Origin: Bdellovibrionota bacterium
Lineage (GTDB): Bacteria > Bdellovibrionota_C > UBA2361 > OMII01
Assembly: GCA_044345405.1 (NCBI GenBank)
Contig: JBIJBE010000009.1
Location: forward strand, 28,773 to 92,772
Direction: 5' to 3'
Length of the DNA stretch: 64,000 nt
In this document: piece after piece, positions 29,099-38,887 of the stretch
Layout of the letters: each line of letters begins with the position of its first letter
Numbering within the stretch: position 1 is the first letter of the stretch
Position numbers and translations under genes: made by a program
The notes under the pieces: generated by a model
Told to the model about the DNA's origin: nothing
What the model saw: the letters and a program-made list of their open reading frames with translations, nothing else
The model's database searches: none

Positions 29099-30283
29099 TT
29101 AACCTTTCGCGCGTAACTTACTCGGAGTCGTAACCCAGAGTACGGTAGCGCCCATAATGAGCAATACCAAGTTAACGCTAAACATCGTCGTGCGTCCGAG
29201 ATGATCGATTCCGAGCCACCACGGCACCATTACGGCGACGTAGAGAAATACTCGAAGCGCGTTGCGTACGGAGAGAGCCGTCACTCGCACCGCCTCCGGG
29301 ATCGCTTCATTAATAGTGCTACTAAAGAGCGCTCCCGATATCGATCGAACCATCTGCTGCGGCAAGATAAGAAGCCACGCAAGGCCTCCCACCATTGTGA
29401 CCAGTCCGACAGTCGAACCGGCTAAAGCGCAAGTCAGTATGAAAAAAATTCGCACTGACCTCCGTGTGTCGGTTACCTTTCGAATGGTGAGCGCCGTAGC
29501 GCCGGCCACCAGATTAAATAACGCGAACACGTAGCCCGACTCTCCCCGACCAATGCCGCACTCAGCCAAGTACTCTGGATACATCCAGAGGAACGTTTGG
29601 TTGAGCCCCGCTACGAATCCCGGCGCGATCGCCATCCAACGGATATGCGACGAACTGAGAACGATAGCGGCGACAGCCTCTCGCAGTGTTCCATTCGTGG
29701 TTACCGGACCTTTCGGAGGGGTAACCAGAGCGAAACACAGCACGAGCCCCAAAACCTCAATACCAGCGCAAAACAGGTAAGGAGCCCCGAGGTCGAACTC
29801 GCTCAGATGAGCGCCAACGACCGCGAAGAGCGCAGCCGCGACAAACGTAGCGCCGATACCGAAGGTCCACCATCTCTGGTGCACCTCTTTGTCGCAACCA
29901 AGCGCCGCGTTACTCCGGAACATCAGAGATTCATCCGTTCCGGAGATAAGCGCGATTCCTAGCGCGGCCAACACTTCGCCGGCAAGGAAGCCACCGAATC
30001 CGGTCGCCTCCGCGTACGTCAACGATCCGAGCGTAAGAGCGATGAAGCCTAACTTCATCGTCGTAACCTCTCCGAAGCGATCCGCGAATCGCCCCGTTGC
30101 GACCTCAAGGACAAGGAGCGCGATAGCGAAGAGGATCTCTAAGAGATAGAAATCACCCGTGCTAAGCCCCCTGTCGTGCCAGAGTGCCGTAATACCTGGG
30201 GTACCCGCCGCAAACCCGACGCTGAAGCATCGAGCCGCGACGATAAGCCCCCTATTCATGGATAACCGATTGTTTGTAGTCAT
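29099..30283 (-). CDS. MFS transporter
   Basis: About 12 hydrophobic segments; EVATGRFADRFG motif A-like; SGTDES. Confidence 0.9.
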   Translation of the reverse strand: MTTNNRLSMNRGLIVAARCFSVGFAAGTPGITALWHDRGLSTGDFYLLEILFAIALLVLEVATGRFADRFGEVTTMKLGFIALTLGSLTYAEATGFGGFLAGEVLAALGIALISGTDESLMFRSNAALGCDKEVHQRWWTFGIGATFVAAALFAVVGAHLSEFDLGAPYLFCAGIEVLGLVLCFALVTPPKGPVTTNGTLREAVAAIVLSSSHIRWMAIAPGFVAGLNQTFLWMYPEYLAECGIGRGESGYVFALFNLVAGATALTIRKVTDTRRSVRIFFILTCALAGSTVGLVTMVGGLAWLLILPQQMVRSISGALFSSTINEAIPEAVRVTALSVRNALRVFLYVAVMVPWWLGIDHLGRTTMFSVNLVLLIMGATVLWVTTPSKLRAKG

Positions 30284-30867
30284 AGCTGTGAGCCTTTCTG
30301 TTGTTTCATGTGTGAACCTTTAGAACCTGCGGAACATCACCCGCCGACGGCGCGGCGGGGCCCTTGCGCTCTCATCGAGCGAAGCGACAAAGGAGCTGTG
30401 AGCGCGCGAAGACAGCGCTAGCTGAAAGCTCTGGAGGGTAATGATTGGTGGGGATTACAGGGAGAGGAGAGCGAGCGAGGAGTGTGCTACACCCTCGGCG
30501 AGCGAGTTACCGATTGATTATACTTCTACCCTTATGAACGTGTGTGGTGTGCGTGGTTTGAGCCGCTTGGCGACCACTGGCATAGAGATGGGAGTGAACC
30601 CATACCCACATGATTTCGCGGCCCGACCACATGAGTCGGTGGTGGCTCCAATCTGGAGATCCCACGTTCCAAGGATGTGCTGATCACGAAATAGACAGTT
30701 CATAAAAGCTCTCGAATAACTCAGCCGAAAATCAGATGATTAACGACGTTGAAAACCAATGATACCACGAATAAAGCTGGTAGGGTAAAAAATCTTTAGG
30801 ATGTGTGACGGATCTGAATCCTTCGCGGTGTTTGAGAGAAAAACCACCCACTCAATCGACGCTTCAC

Positions 30868-30905
30868 AAAAAAAAACGGCTGAGTGAGAGATACTCACTC
30901 AGCCG
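30868..30905 (-). terminator. Rho-independent terminator
   Basis: CGGCTGAGTGAG/CTCACTCAGCCG 12-bp stem followed by T9 on the minus strand, after the collagen-like gene. Confidence 0.88.
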
Positions 30906-30923
30906 CTCCTGATTGCACGTGTT

Positions 30924-31817
30924 TTACTTCTTCACGATCTTAATCGCCACGTTCCATCCGGGCGTGGTGCGCAGCGTCATCTTGCTCGTGTCACGATACG
31001 CTTCATTCGTCGCCGTACCGAGCTGGGCGGGCGCTACGTAACTCGTTGGACAGTAGGTCTTATGGTTTTGGAACGCCGCAACATTGTGAGGAACAAAGAA
31101 ATAGCTAGTAGCGCCAGCTCTTCCGACGAATCCCTCACCGTAGCTGCCCCCCGATGGAGCGAAGAAGGTGATGTACCGACTAACAGAATTTCCTTGGAGC
31201 TGCGGGGACTGCATTACCACGTTAACATGGTGGCCGATAACGCGTGTTGTGTTCGTGCTGAAGAAGGTCATGTGGATCTCACATCCAGGCCCTGGATCCT
31301 CTCCGCACAACGTTCCAAGGTCGATTGTTTCGCACGATGACTCAGCTACGAAGTACCGAGCCGATGGCATTTCGCCGGTGGGTCCAGCTGGACCACGAGC
31401 GCCCGCCGCGCCTGCGGCACCTGGCGCTCCGGGGAGCCCCTGCTCACCACGTTCACCCTTGTCGCCACGATCGCCCTTGTCTCCTTTCTCTCCTCTATCG
31501 CCTCTGTCGCCCTTGAGACCCTGAGCACCGACGTCTCCCTTCTCACCCTTACCAGTTGCGATCAGTCCTGGAATTACGACAACGCCAGTCGTTGTTGAGG
31601 AGCCTCCGAGGCTCTTCGCGATCACCGCTGTTGACTGTTTGAGGATACGAATTGAATTGAGAACGCTCGAGTGTTTCTTTTTATTCGCAGCGTCTTGTTG
31701 GCGGTCATAGACCGAGGAGCGATTGACTTGTGTTTGAGCGTGCGCTGTCAGGGTAAAGAGAGACGCGAGCGCTACGGTTGTCGTGAATACAAGACGGGAA
31801 CAACGGATACGTGACAT
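30924..31817 (-). CDS. Secreted collagen-like protein
   Basis: Signal peptide (AHA-Q), about 20 Gly-X-Y triplets, C-terminal globular domain; GGAGG RBS. Confidence 0.85.
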   Translation of the reverse strand: MSRIRCSRLVFTTTVALASLFTLTAHAQTQVNRSSVYDRQQDAANKKKHSSVLNSIRILKQSTAVIAKSLGGSSTTTGVVVIPGLIATGKGEKGDVGAQGLKGDRGDRGEKGDKGDRGDKGERGEQGLPGAPGAAGAAGARGPAGPTGEMPSARYFVAESSCETIDLGTLCGEDPGPGCEIHMTFFSTNTTRVIGHHVNVVMQSPQLQGNSVSRYITFFAPSGGSYGEGFVGRAGATSYFFVPHNVAAFQNHKTYCPTSYVAPAQLGTATNEAYRDTSKMTLRTTPGWNVAIKIVKK

Positions 31818-32130
31818 AGGTTAAAACCTCCAATTAAAAACCATCGGCCCAACCCAAGGGCCGCTACCTTTTGTTGTGATATGGTCCAATTCGGGCTCTA
31901 GGTGACGCGGGAATGCTATTTTTTTCAGCCAAGGGGGATAATCGACAGAAGGCGGCTAGAAGATCCTCGTAGAGGATAGAGCCGATCTATACCACCATGT
32001 AGCGCGGCGAAGCGGCCCTGGAGATAACGAAAGCGTAACATCACCTCAAGTGGGTCGAATCTCTCTCATTCTAACGTCACACCTGAGATCGGCTCACCCA
32101 TAATCATCCTAGTGTTTAAGCGGTTGTTAC

Positions 32131-33087
32131 ATGAGCCGTTTTATTTTTGGGGTTTGTATGAGTCTACGTTCAGTTTCAGCTATTCTTCTGTCCTCTATCG
32201 CTTTCATCTCCACATCCAACCTGACCCACGCTCAGTCCGCCTCGCCGGCGGAGCTCCTCGCGGCCATGAAGCAGGGGAATATCAATATCGAAAATGATGT
32301 CAAAAACATTCAGACCCGCTGCGCTAATCAACAAAAACGAAAAGAGCTTCTTGAGCAGGAGATCCTGAAACGCAAGCCTGAATTGACCTCGCTCTCCGCT
32401 TCCAAGACAGCGCTCACAGAGCTGCTCAAGCAGAAGGACGCGACGCTCCAAGGAAGAAGCAAGACGCTCGCTGCGCTTCGAGCATCCATCACCGATCTTC
32501 AGGATGCGATTAAAAACGCCAACACCTCGACAACCACTCGACTTGCCACCCTTAGAACGGAGCGGGACGCCGCTAAAAAAGTCGTCCAGGAAACCACCAA
32601 AAATATCAACTCGCTTGACGATGTATTCGAGAAGTGGAAGGACGAGGGAAGCAACGAGTTTACCCTCTATCGAGCGCAGTTTAAGGATGAGAACAACAAG
32701 CTTCTCCCTCCTGAGAAGCGCGTTGAGTTAACCCAACAGGAGAAGAGCGCGCTTGATTATCTAAAGTCATATGACTCTATGCGCTCCACCCTTACTCAAA
32801 CTAAAACAACTAATGAGGCGACCATTATCCAAAAGGATAAAGCGATCACTGACCTGACGGCCGGACGAAAAGAGACGGTTCAGGAGCTGCAACGTAAGCT
32901 TGCGGAGAAGCAGGCCGCTGTGCCGGCTACGATAGCCTCCGTAACCGCGGCTCAAGTGGACTTTAACCGCGCCCAAGGTGATCTGAGATTCGTGACCGCT
33001 CGTATCGCGACGCTCTCAAGCATCGTGATCCCGAACATCCCGACGGTGTGCACCTTTATCAATCAGATGTCCACACCGAGAGCCTAA
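32131..33087 (+). CDS. Secreted coiled-coil protein
   Basis: Signal peptide (THA-Q), heptad-rich K/E/L/A sequence. Confidence 0.75.
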   Translation: MSRFIFGVCMSLRSVSAILLSSIAFISTSNLTHAQSASPAELLAAMKQGNINIENDVKNIQTRCANQQKRKELLEQEILKRKPELTSLSASKTALTELLKQKDATLQGRSKTLAALRASITDLQDAIKNANTSTTTRLATLRTERDAAKKVVQETTKNINSLDDVFEKWKDEGSNEFTLYRAQFKDENNKLLPPEKRVELTQQEKSALDYLKSYDSMRSTLTQTKTTNEATIIQKDKAITDLTAGRKETVQELQRKLAEKQAAVPATIASVTAAQVDFNRAQGDLRFVTARIATLSSIVIPNIPTVCTFINQMSTPRA

Positions 33088-33114
33088 CCACTCAGCTACT
33101 TCGTAGTGTACATC

Positions 33115-33152
33115 GCCGGCGAGCTCTCATGTGGGAGCTCGCCGGCTTTTTT
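33115..33152 (+). terminator. Rho-independent terminator
   Basis: GCCGGCGAGCTC...GAGCTCGCCGGC followed by TTTTTT, between convergent genes. Confidence 0.85.
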
Positions 33153-33158
33153 GTGGCG

Positions 33159-34970
33159 TTAGTCGCAACGACTTACCGTTCGAGGCAACTTGGAGATCTC
33201 CGCTCGAAGCTGCTCGAGGTAATGAATCGTTTGTGGCCGAGTGTCGGGCTTCGCTCCCGGCTTGTGTCCGCACGCCGCTAGAGCGCGCAGCTTAGCTCGC
33301 TTAGCGCTTCCGAACAGGCTCTGCGCCAAGATGTTGAGAGCCGCCTTGTCGCTCGCCAGAGACACGCTCGGGCACACGCTCGCGGAGCATCGTAGCTCTG
33401 AATTTTTAAACGCTGAGGCCAAGCGGCGTTCAAACGTTCTTCGATTGGCGATCGCGCCCTGCTCAAGTGACGTTGGATACGCCCCTCCACACGCCGCGGC
33501 TCGCTTCCCGAAACGAGGGACTCTCGCGAAGAGCGAGTTGAGACGCCGAGTAACCGCCGCTTTCTTTCTCGTGAGTTCTACCGAACCGCACGGAGGGGAG
33601 GTAGTAGCTCCTACGTACGATAGATTCAACTTGTCACGATCCTGCATATCATCAAACGCGTCATCGATGCCGTTTTGATTTGTGTCGAATCCAGAAGGAG
33701 TAACGTCAGCTACGTCATCTCCATTGAGATCAAACGCCTCAGTTATGTCTCCGGTGCCATCATTATCAGAGTCGGTATCCGCGGCGTCCGGAGTTCCATC
33801 GCCATCGCTATCGGTCAATGGATTACCGGTCTCAGACGAGAGTCCATCATCAACACCATCGGTGTTCCCATCAACGCCGGACGGGGTTGGCTCAGGACCC
33901 GTTGGATTACGCTCGATCGCGTCCCCTACTCCATCGCCATCCGAATCCCGATCGAGGAAATTGGGATCGCCATCGCCATCAAGATCTCCCGTACCTTCAA
34001 CACCGTCAGTTATCGTGTCGCCATCACTGTCTTGATCGAGATAGTTCGACGAGCCGTCACCATCAAAGTCCTCTGCGCCCTCGGTGTTGTCCGGTATGGT
34101 GTCACCATCGGTGTCACCGGAGCCAAGCGGAGTTGGGGTCGGAGTTGGGGTCGCGGCTGGATCGGGCGTGGGAGTTCCACTCACGTAGGCGGACTGACAC
34201 GCCCCGATAAGGATGTGATACGAGGGAGCTCCGGTTTGAACGAACGATTGATACTCGAAGGTAATCTCACTAAGCGAAACGTTAGGTTGAAACCATATAG
34301 CTCCCGCTTCGGTATCACCGGAGGAGGTGTCGATCGTCGTGTGCCAGGTAGAGGCCGTACTCTCCGATCCAACCACCGCCACCTCAGCGGGATCCCAGAA
34401 AGGTATATTGAGTCCATCAACGGTAGGGCTTGCGTCGAAGGTTTGAATGAACCAGCTCGCCATCGTCGCGAGCGGTACACTAGCTCCAGTCGCGTCCTTC
34501 GCGCGAAACCGCGTCTGATCGACATCCATATCCACAAGCGAGAATCCCCAACCGGATGGTGGCGTTGGTTGGTTGAAGCGGATTGTAACGGTGACCTTTT
34601 TCGTGATTGGCCTTCCTGGGAGAATACTATTGGTCTTCGTACGGATGTTAAGGTTAGTGGCGTTCTTCGCGCTTCCGTAGACACCCACCATGGAGTTGCC
34701 TCCCCCGAACGGTTCATCGGTGCCAACGTTAATGTATTGAATGGTGCCTGAACCTTCCCACGTAAAATCGGGCAGAACAGATACCCGGCCGGCGGGGAGG
34801 GCAAACGATCCAGAACCTGAGGTCGCGGTTGCTTGCGAGAAGGTCGCGTAGACGCCAGAGAGGCCCTCGCTACAGGTTTGTGGGGCGGCGTACACTGTAG
34901 CCGGCGAGATAAAAAGAGCGGTCGTAAGCGCGATAAGCGCCGGCACTCGTCGAATCATGGGTATCCTCAC
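33159..34970 (-). CDS. Secreted protein with Pro/Thr linker and thrombospondin type-3-like DxDGDG calcium-binding repeats
   Basis: Signal peptide, PTPTP linker, many DSDGDG repeats, Cys-containing basic C-terminal domain. Confidence 0.85.
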   Translation of the reverse strand: MRIPMIRRVPALIALTTALFISPATVYAAPQTCSEGLSGVYATFSQATATSGSGSFALPAGRVSVLPDFTWEGSGTIQYINVGTDEPFGGGNSMVGVYGSAKNATNLNIRTKTNSILPGRPITKKVTVTIRFNQPTPPSGWGFSLVDMDVDQTRFRAKDATGASVPLATMASWFIQTFDASPTVDGLNIPFWDPAEVAVVGSESTASTWHTTIDTSSGDTEAGAIWFQPNVSLSEITFEYQSFVQTGAPSYHILIGACQSAYVSGTPTPDPAATPTPTPTPLGSGDTDGDTIPDNTEGAEDFDGDGSSNYLDQDSDGDTITDGVEGTGDLDGDGDPNFLDRDSDGDGVGDAIERNPTGPEPTPSGVDGNTDGVDDGLSSETGNPLTDSDGDGTPDAADTDSDNDGTGDITEAFDLNGDDVADVTPSGFDTNQNGIDDAFDDMQDRDKLNLSYVGATTSPPCGSVELTRKKAAVTRRLNSLFARVPRFGKRAAACGGAYPTSLEQGAIANRRTFERRLASAFKNSELRCSASVCPSVSLASDKAALNILAQSLFGSAKRAKLRALAACGHKPGAKPDTRPQTIHYLEQLRAEISKLPRTVSRCD

Positions 34971-35176
34971 AGAAGGGAGATGCCCTCAAAGGCTAGCCTC
35001 CGCGTTCGAGCGCTGTCTATACGAAAAAGCGAACGAGAGCCGGCAGAACTTAGGCGAGGCGCCCTCTCCTGGTTTCTCGTATTCCACGTATCACCATCTC
35101 CTACGTGCGTGATTTCGCACTACCGTCCCTTTAGGATGGCCCTCCTCCGTCCGAACACTCCTTAGAGGGGAACGCT

Positions 35177-35746
35177 ATGATCAACCACTATCTTCGACGC
35201 TCCATTAGGGTACTGATACCGGTAGCTCTCTCGATGCTGGCTTCGGACGCGCACACCCAACAGAGGTCCATCTCTGGCGCTGAAGCGGCCTATCTGCAAG
35301 CGCAACAGGGGAAGCCGCTTCCTCAAAAGCCGGGGTCGCCGAACCCACCGAAGCGCACCTGGGTTCCACCCGCGTCGTGTTATTGGCTGTCCCCTCGTGA
35401 GGTATCGTGCAAAGACCCGGCGCGAACGGTGACGGTTCTGATGTATAGCCCTGTTCTCATCCCCCCGGATCCTCCCCTCTCCCCGGTTCGAGAGGCATCG
35501 AGACGATGCGAGGAGATAGTAGCCGGAATCTGGAATAGATACGTGCAAGCGAATGTGTGTAAACCTGAGTTTGGACCGAACCGCATGGACGCGATGGCGA
35601 AGGACATGGTCGAATTTACGATCATGGCCGCCATCTGCCGTGAACCGAAACCACCTCGCACCATCGAGGAGTTGTTCACTCAAAATCTCGATAATCAGTG
35701 GAACTGCTTCCTTGATAAAACGTGCACGGTAAAGCCAACCAAGTAG
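35177..35746 (+). CDS. Putative secreted Pro/Cys-rich protein
   Basis: GAGGGG RBS, signal-like N-terminus, several Cys. Confidence 0.65.
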   Translation: MINHYLRRSIRVLIPVALSMLASDAHTQQRSISGAEAAYLQAQQGKPLPQKPGSPNPPKRTWVPPASCYWLSPREVSCKDPARTVTVLMYSPVLIPPDPPLSPVREASRRCEEIVAGIWNRYVQANVCKPEFGPNRMDAMAKDMVEFTIMAAICREPKPPRTIEELFTQNLDNQWNCFLDKTCTVKPTK

Positions 35747-35862
35747 GCTCTACGGCTCGAAAGGTGACAGGAGATAGCTAAAACGGACAGGCGAGGAGCC
35801 CCGCGCTCTCCGCCGAACGGGAATCTGGCATAATTACCTTACCCGGCTTCCGGTTCAATGGT

Positions 35863-37011
35863 ATGACAGAGCCAGCGCCACTCCGCCGAAACGGTGGCCG
35901 CCGCTTTATCCCCCTGTTCGTTGTTTCAGCTATGAGAAAATCCCCCCAAGCTCCTATCCGCGTTCCACGTGATCGTACCGTCGTTGCGCCACCACAATCT
36001 GATACCGTACAGCCCCCTTCCAGCCCCTATTCCTGCAAGGGCGATACGGGCGCGAATTACCTTATTCAACACGCCATCAAGCTTGAGCTTCTTACTCCCG
36101 AGCAGGAGCGCATACTGGCGCGTCAACGACTCGACGCGGATCGGGAGATCGAACTTCTTGAAAAAACGTTAGCAGCGAATACACCAAGAAAGGGAACGAA
36201 GCTCTACACGCAACTCCATACATCATTGGAGGAGGCGAAGAAAAAGAAGGATGAGGCGGTGTGCGCTTTTATTGAGCGAAATATTCGACTCGCGGTGAAG
36301 ATAGCGGCAGACATGGACTTCCTTTCAGCCCCATTTGAGAATCGTGTCTCATCAGCGCTTGATGGACTCCGAGAGGCCGCGCTTCGATTTGATCCCGACA
36401 AGGGAGGAAAGTTCTCAACCTACTCCGGATTCTGGATTCGGCAACGAATCTTCCGTGACAATCGGGTTGAGTGCGGAACTATCAAGCTCTCCGCGAACAT
36501 GATGCGCAGACTTTCCATGGTGGCACGGGCGGAGAACACCCTACATAGCATCTATGGTCGCACCCCAACCGATAGTGAGATAGCGCAACACCTCGGACTC
36601 AACGACAAACAGATGCGCGCGGTACGGTTCGCGAAACAAACAAAACCTATCTCTCTGGAACTGCACAGTGACACCGGAACCGACGATGAAACACCGATTC
36701 AAATTGCGGATCCGAACGCGGTCGTGCCGGGAACCTCAGACCTCTCATCAGATCGGCTCACCATCCTTGATGAGGCGCTCGGATCACTCAACGAGCGAGA
36801 GCTCGCCATTATCCGCGCTCGGTTCGGGTTCGGAGAGGCGGATCGGGTCTTCACCCTTGAGGAGATCGGGCACCGCTTCGGGGTAACACGAGAGCGGATT
36901 CGACAGCTTGAGACTATCGCGCTTACCAAGCTTCGGAAGAGGTTTGAGGAGGTCGATACCCCGAATCTCGTGCTGCAACACGCGCTGGAAGAGGCGGCCC
37001 GATCCCAGTAA
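35863..37011 (+). CDS. Sigma-70 family RNA polymerase sigma factor (RpoD-like, divergent)
   Basis: LLTPEQE, NIRLAVKIA, RFDPDKGGKFSTY, TLEEIG..FGVTRERIRQLE..AL.KLR; start may be 35932. Confidence 0.92.
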   Translation: MTEPAPLRRNGGRRFIPLFVVSAMRKSPQAPIRVPRDRTVVAPPQSDTVQPPSSPYSCKGDTGANYLIQHAIKLELLTPEQERILARQRLDADREIELLEKTLAANTPRKGTKLYTQLHTSLEEAKKKKDEAVCAFIERNIRLAVKIAADMDFLSAPFENRVSSALDGLREAALRFDPDKGGKFSTYSGFWIRQRIFRDNRVECGTIKLSANMMRRLSMVARAENTLHSIYGRTPTDSEIAQHLGLNDKQMRAVRFAKQTKPISLELHSDTGTDDETPIQIADPNAVVPGTSDLSSDRLTILDEALGSLNERELAIIRARFGFGEADRVFTLEEIGHRFGVTRERIRQLETIALTKLRKRFEEVDTPNLVLQHALEEAARSQ

Positions 37012-37018
37012 CTACGGA

Positions 37019-37558
37019 TTACCGAAGCAGTGCGCTCTCCACCCGTTTCTCGGTGAGGAGCTCCTCAAGTCGTCGCAACTGTGCCTCGCCCCGAAGCGCC
37101 TCACCATCAACCTCGACCCTCACCTCAAAATCAACGTTCGGGATAAACACCGTGACCGGTCCGGGACGTTTCCTATCAGGATTCATCCGTCGAAAAAGTA
37201 ACTTCGAGATGGCGGTACCCTGCGGGGTCGTTCCGAACATATCCTGCAACCACAACGGTTGCTTGCTGATCGCGTAATCGAGCGAGGCGGCGAGTGAGAA
37301 ATCACCTCCGTCGATAGCTGCTGGCGAGTTTGCGGTCGCTCCACCGTTTCGTCGATCAAGCGAGAGGATCGCCTGCTTTGTCATTAAGAGCGACAAAGCT
37401 CGTACACCAGAGCTCCACCTGAAGGTCCCCATATTTGCAGGTGCCGCGGAGCCTCGAACTGAGATGAGTCGTCGCTCCAAAAGCGAATGAGAGAACGTCG
37501 TCTGATAGAGCGCCACTGTGGACTCTGTGGTAACGAAGCTGAGGGTCATCTTGATCAT
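37019..37558 (-). CDS. Unknown protein, SLAASLDYA-domain paralogue 3
   Basis: GGAG RBS; shares GxFxW, SLAASLDYA, PxWLxDMFG and NxxRKRxGxV with paralogues 1 and 2. Confidence 0.85.
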   Translation of the reverse strand: MIKMTLSFVTTESTVALYQTTFSHSLLERRLISVRGSAAPANMGTFRWSSGVRALSLLMTKQAILSLDRRNGGATANSPAAIDGGDFSLAASLDYAISKQPLWLQDMFGTTPQGTAISKLLFRRMNPDRKRPGPVTVFIPNVDFEVRVEVDGEALRGEAQLRRLEELLTEKRVESALLR

Positions 37559-38113
37559 GGTTCATCTCCGGGTTTGCAACGTAGGACGAGCTTGGCCCCG
37601 TGGTCGAAGCAATTTCCGACTTTTTCCTGGTGTCTTTTCAACGTGGCGACGGATTTGACAAAACGACACCTTGAATCCCGTTGAATATTACAGTTTGAGG
37701 GATGAACTGGAGACCCGCTCAACGTCGGTTTTAGGATGAAGAGGTGTTCGAGGGGCGCTGTGGCACGATACGAGATGCACATTCGTGCGCGTTGCGCGAT
37801 CGGAGTCTGGAAATAGAGCATTTTTTAGGCGATCCGCTACCGAAACGCCTACTTCTGGGCGCCTATATGGTGGGAATCGGATTCACGGTCTGAATCGTGC
37901 AAGCGATGGCAACGCTACGGGACGGCGCGCCTCACCGTTTCCCGCCACTACGAGGTGTGACTTAGGAGAACAGATTCGACCCGATATAGCATTGCGTGAC
38001 ACCGAGCTTATCCTTTAGAAGCACACCGGCGTTCATGGTGCCCATAACGGAAGCATGGGGTCTTTTCGCTAGGTTTCGCGCTCAGCACGAGCGCATGGCA
38101 TGGGGGTTGTATC

Positions 38114-38632
38114 ATGGTAGGTAGCTTTTGTAGAACGACGAGCATTCTTGTCGCATCGCTTGTAGCGGTATGCGTCCTTGGTACCTTCGGGATGACATCC
38201 TCCGAAGCGCAGATCAATCCAACGCACGGATTACCTAAACCTCCTCCTCGCGTACCGCTCCCTGCGGAATGTACGCAATCACCCGCAAACATCATCAACG
38301 AAATTGAACAAGGGATCGATCAGATCCCAAACTGCGGCGCGAGGCCTCGACTGGGACGCGCCGTCTGCTGCGCTGCCGCTACGACGCTCTCGGAGAGCGG
38401 ATGTGAGAAGGTGCTCGACACCGCGATGCGGTGCTGCCGATTACGGTTCCCATTATGGACTCCTCCGAGAATGGTTGACTACCTCTGCAATCAGGCGATG
38501 TATCAGTACGGAATCAGCGACGCGAGCGAGCACTGCTGGAGAACTCGAGAGAAGCGGCTTGAGAAAGTGGGGTGTATCAGGGTACCGAGCACGAAGAGGC
38601 CGGAGTCTGCGGGTGCTGAGGAGTCGTTGTAG
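38114..38632 (+). CDS. Putative secreted Cys-rich protein
   Basis: Signal peptide (SEA-Q), Pro-rich stretch, about 10 Cys including two CC pairs. Confidence 0.7.
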   Translation: MVGSFCRTTSILVASLVAVCVLGTFGMTSSEAQINPTHGLPKPPPRVPLPAECTQSPANIINEIEQGIDQIPNCGARPRLGRAVCCAAATTLSESGCEKVLDTAMRCCRLRFPLWTPPRMVDYLCNQAMYQYGISDASEHCWRTREKRLEKVGCIRVPSTKRPESAGAEESL

Positions 38633-38887
38633 GGAAGACCCAGGACGAACTGCTTCAATTAACATACCCTGCGGTCCGCCAGCGAGAAGAATGAGGGAAC
38701 CTGCATTCACCGTGCATCGGTCGGAATCTGTCGGTCATTGAGGCCAAGCGAGCACCTATTTTCGGAGCATCCAGCGAGCTTAAGGTGGACGCCTCACGGG
38801 ACGACATCGTATCATGGGTCGAGCAGCAACCTGCTGGAGGGGACGGAATTCCGAGGATTTTTCTTGAAAGACCCATCATCGCATGAC

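Noticed and set aside
33675-34751. 358-aa plus-strand ORF
   Set aside because: Antisense shadow of the repetitive Asp/Gly-rich gene 33159..34970.
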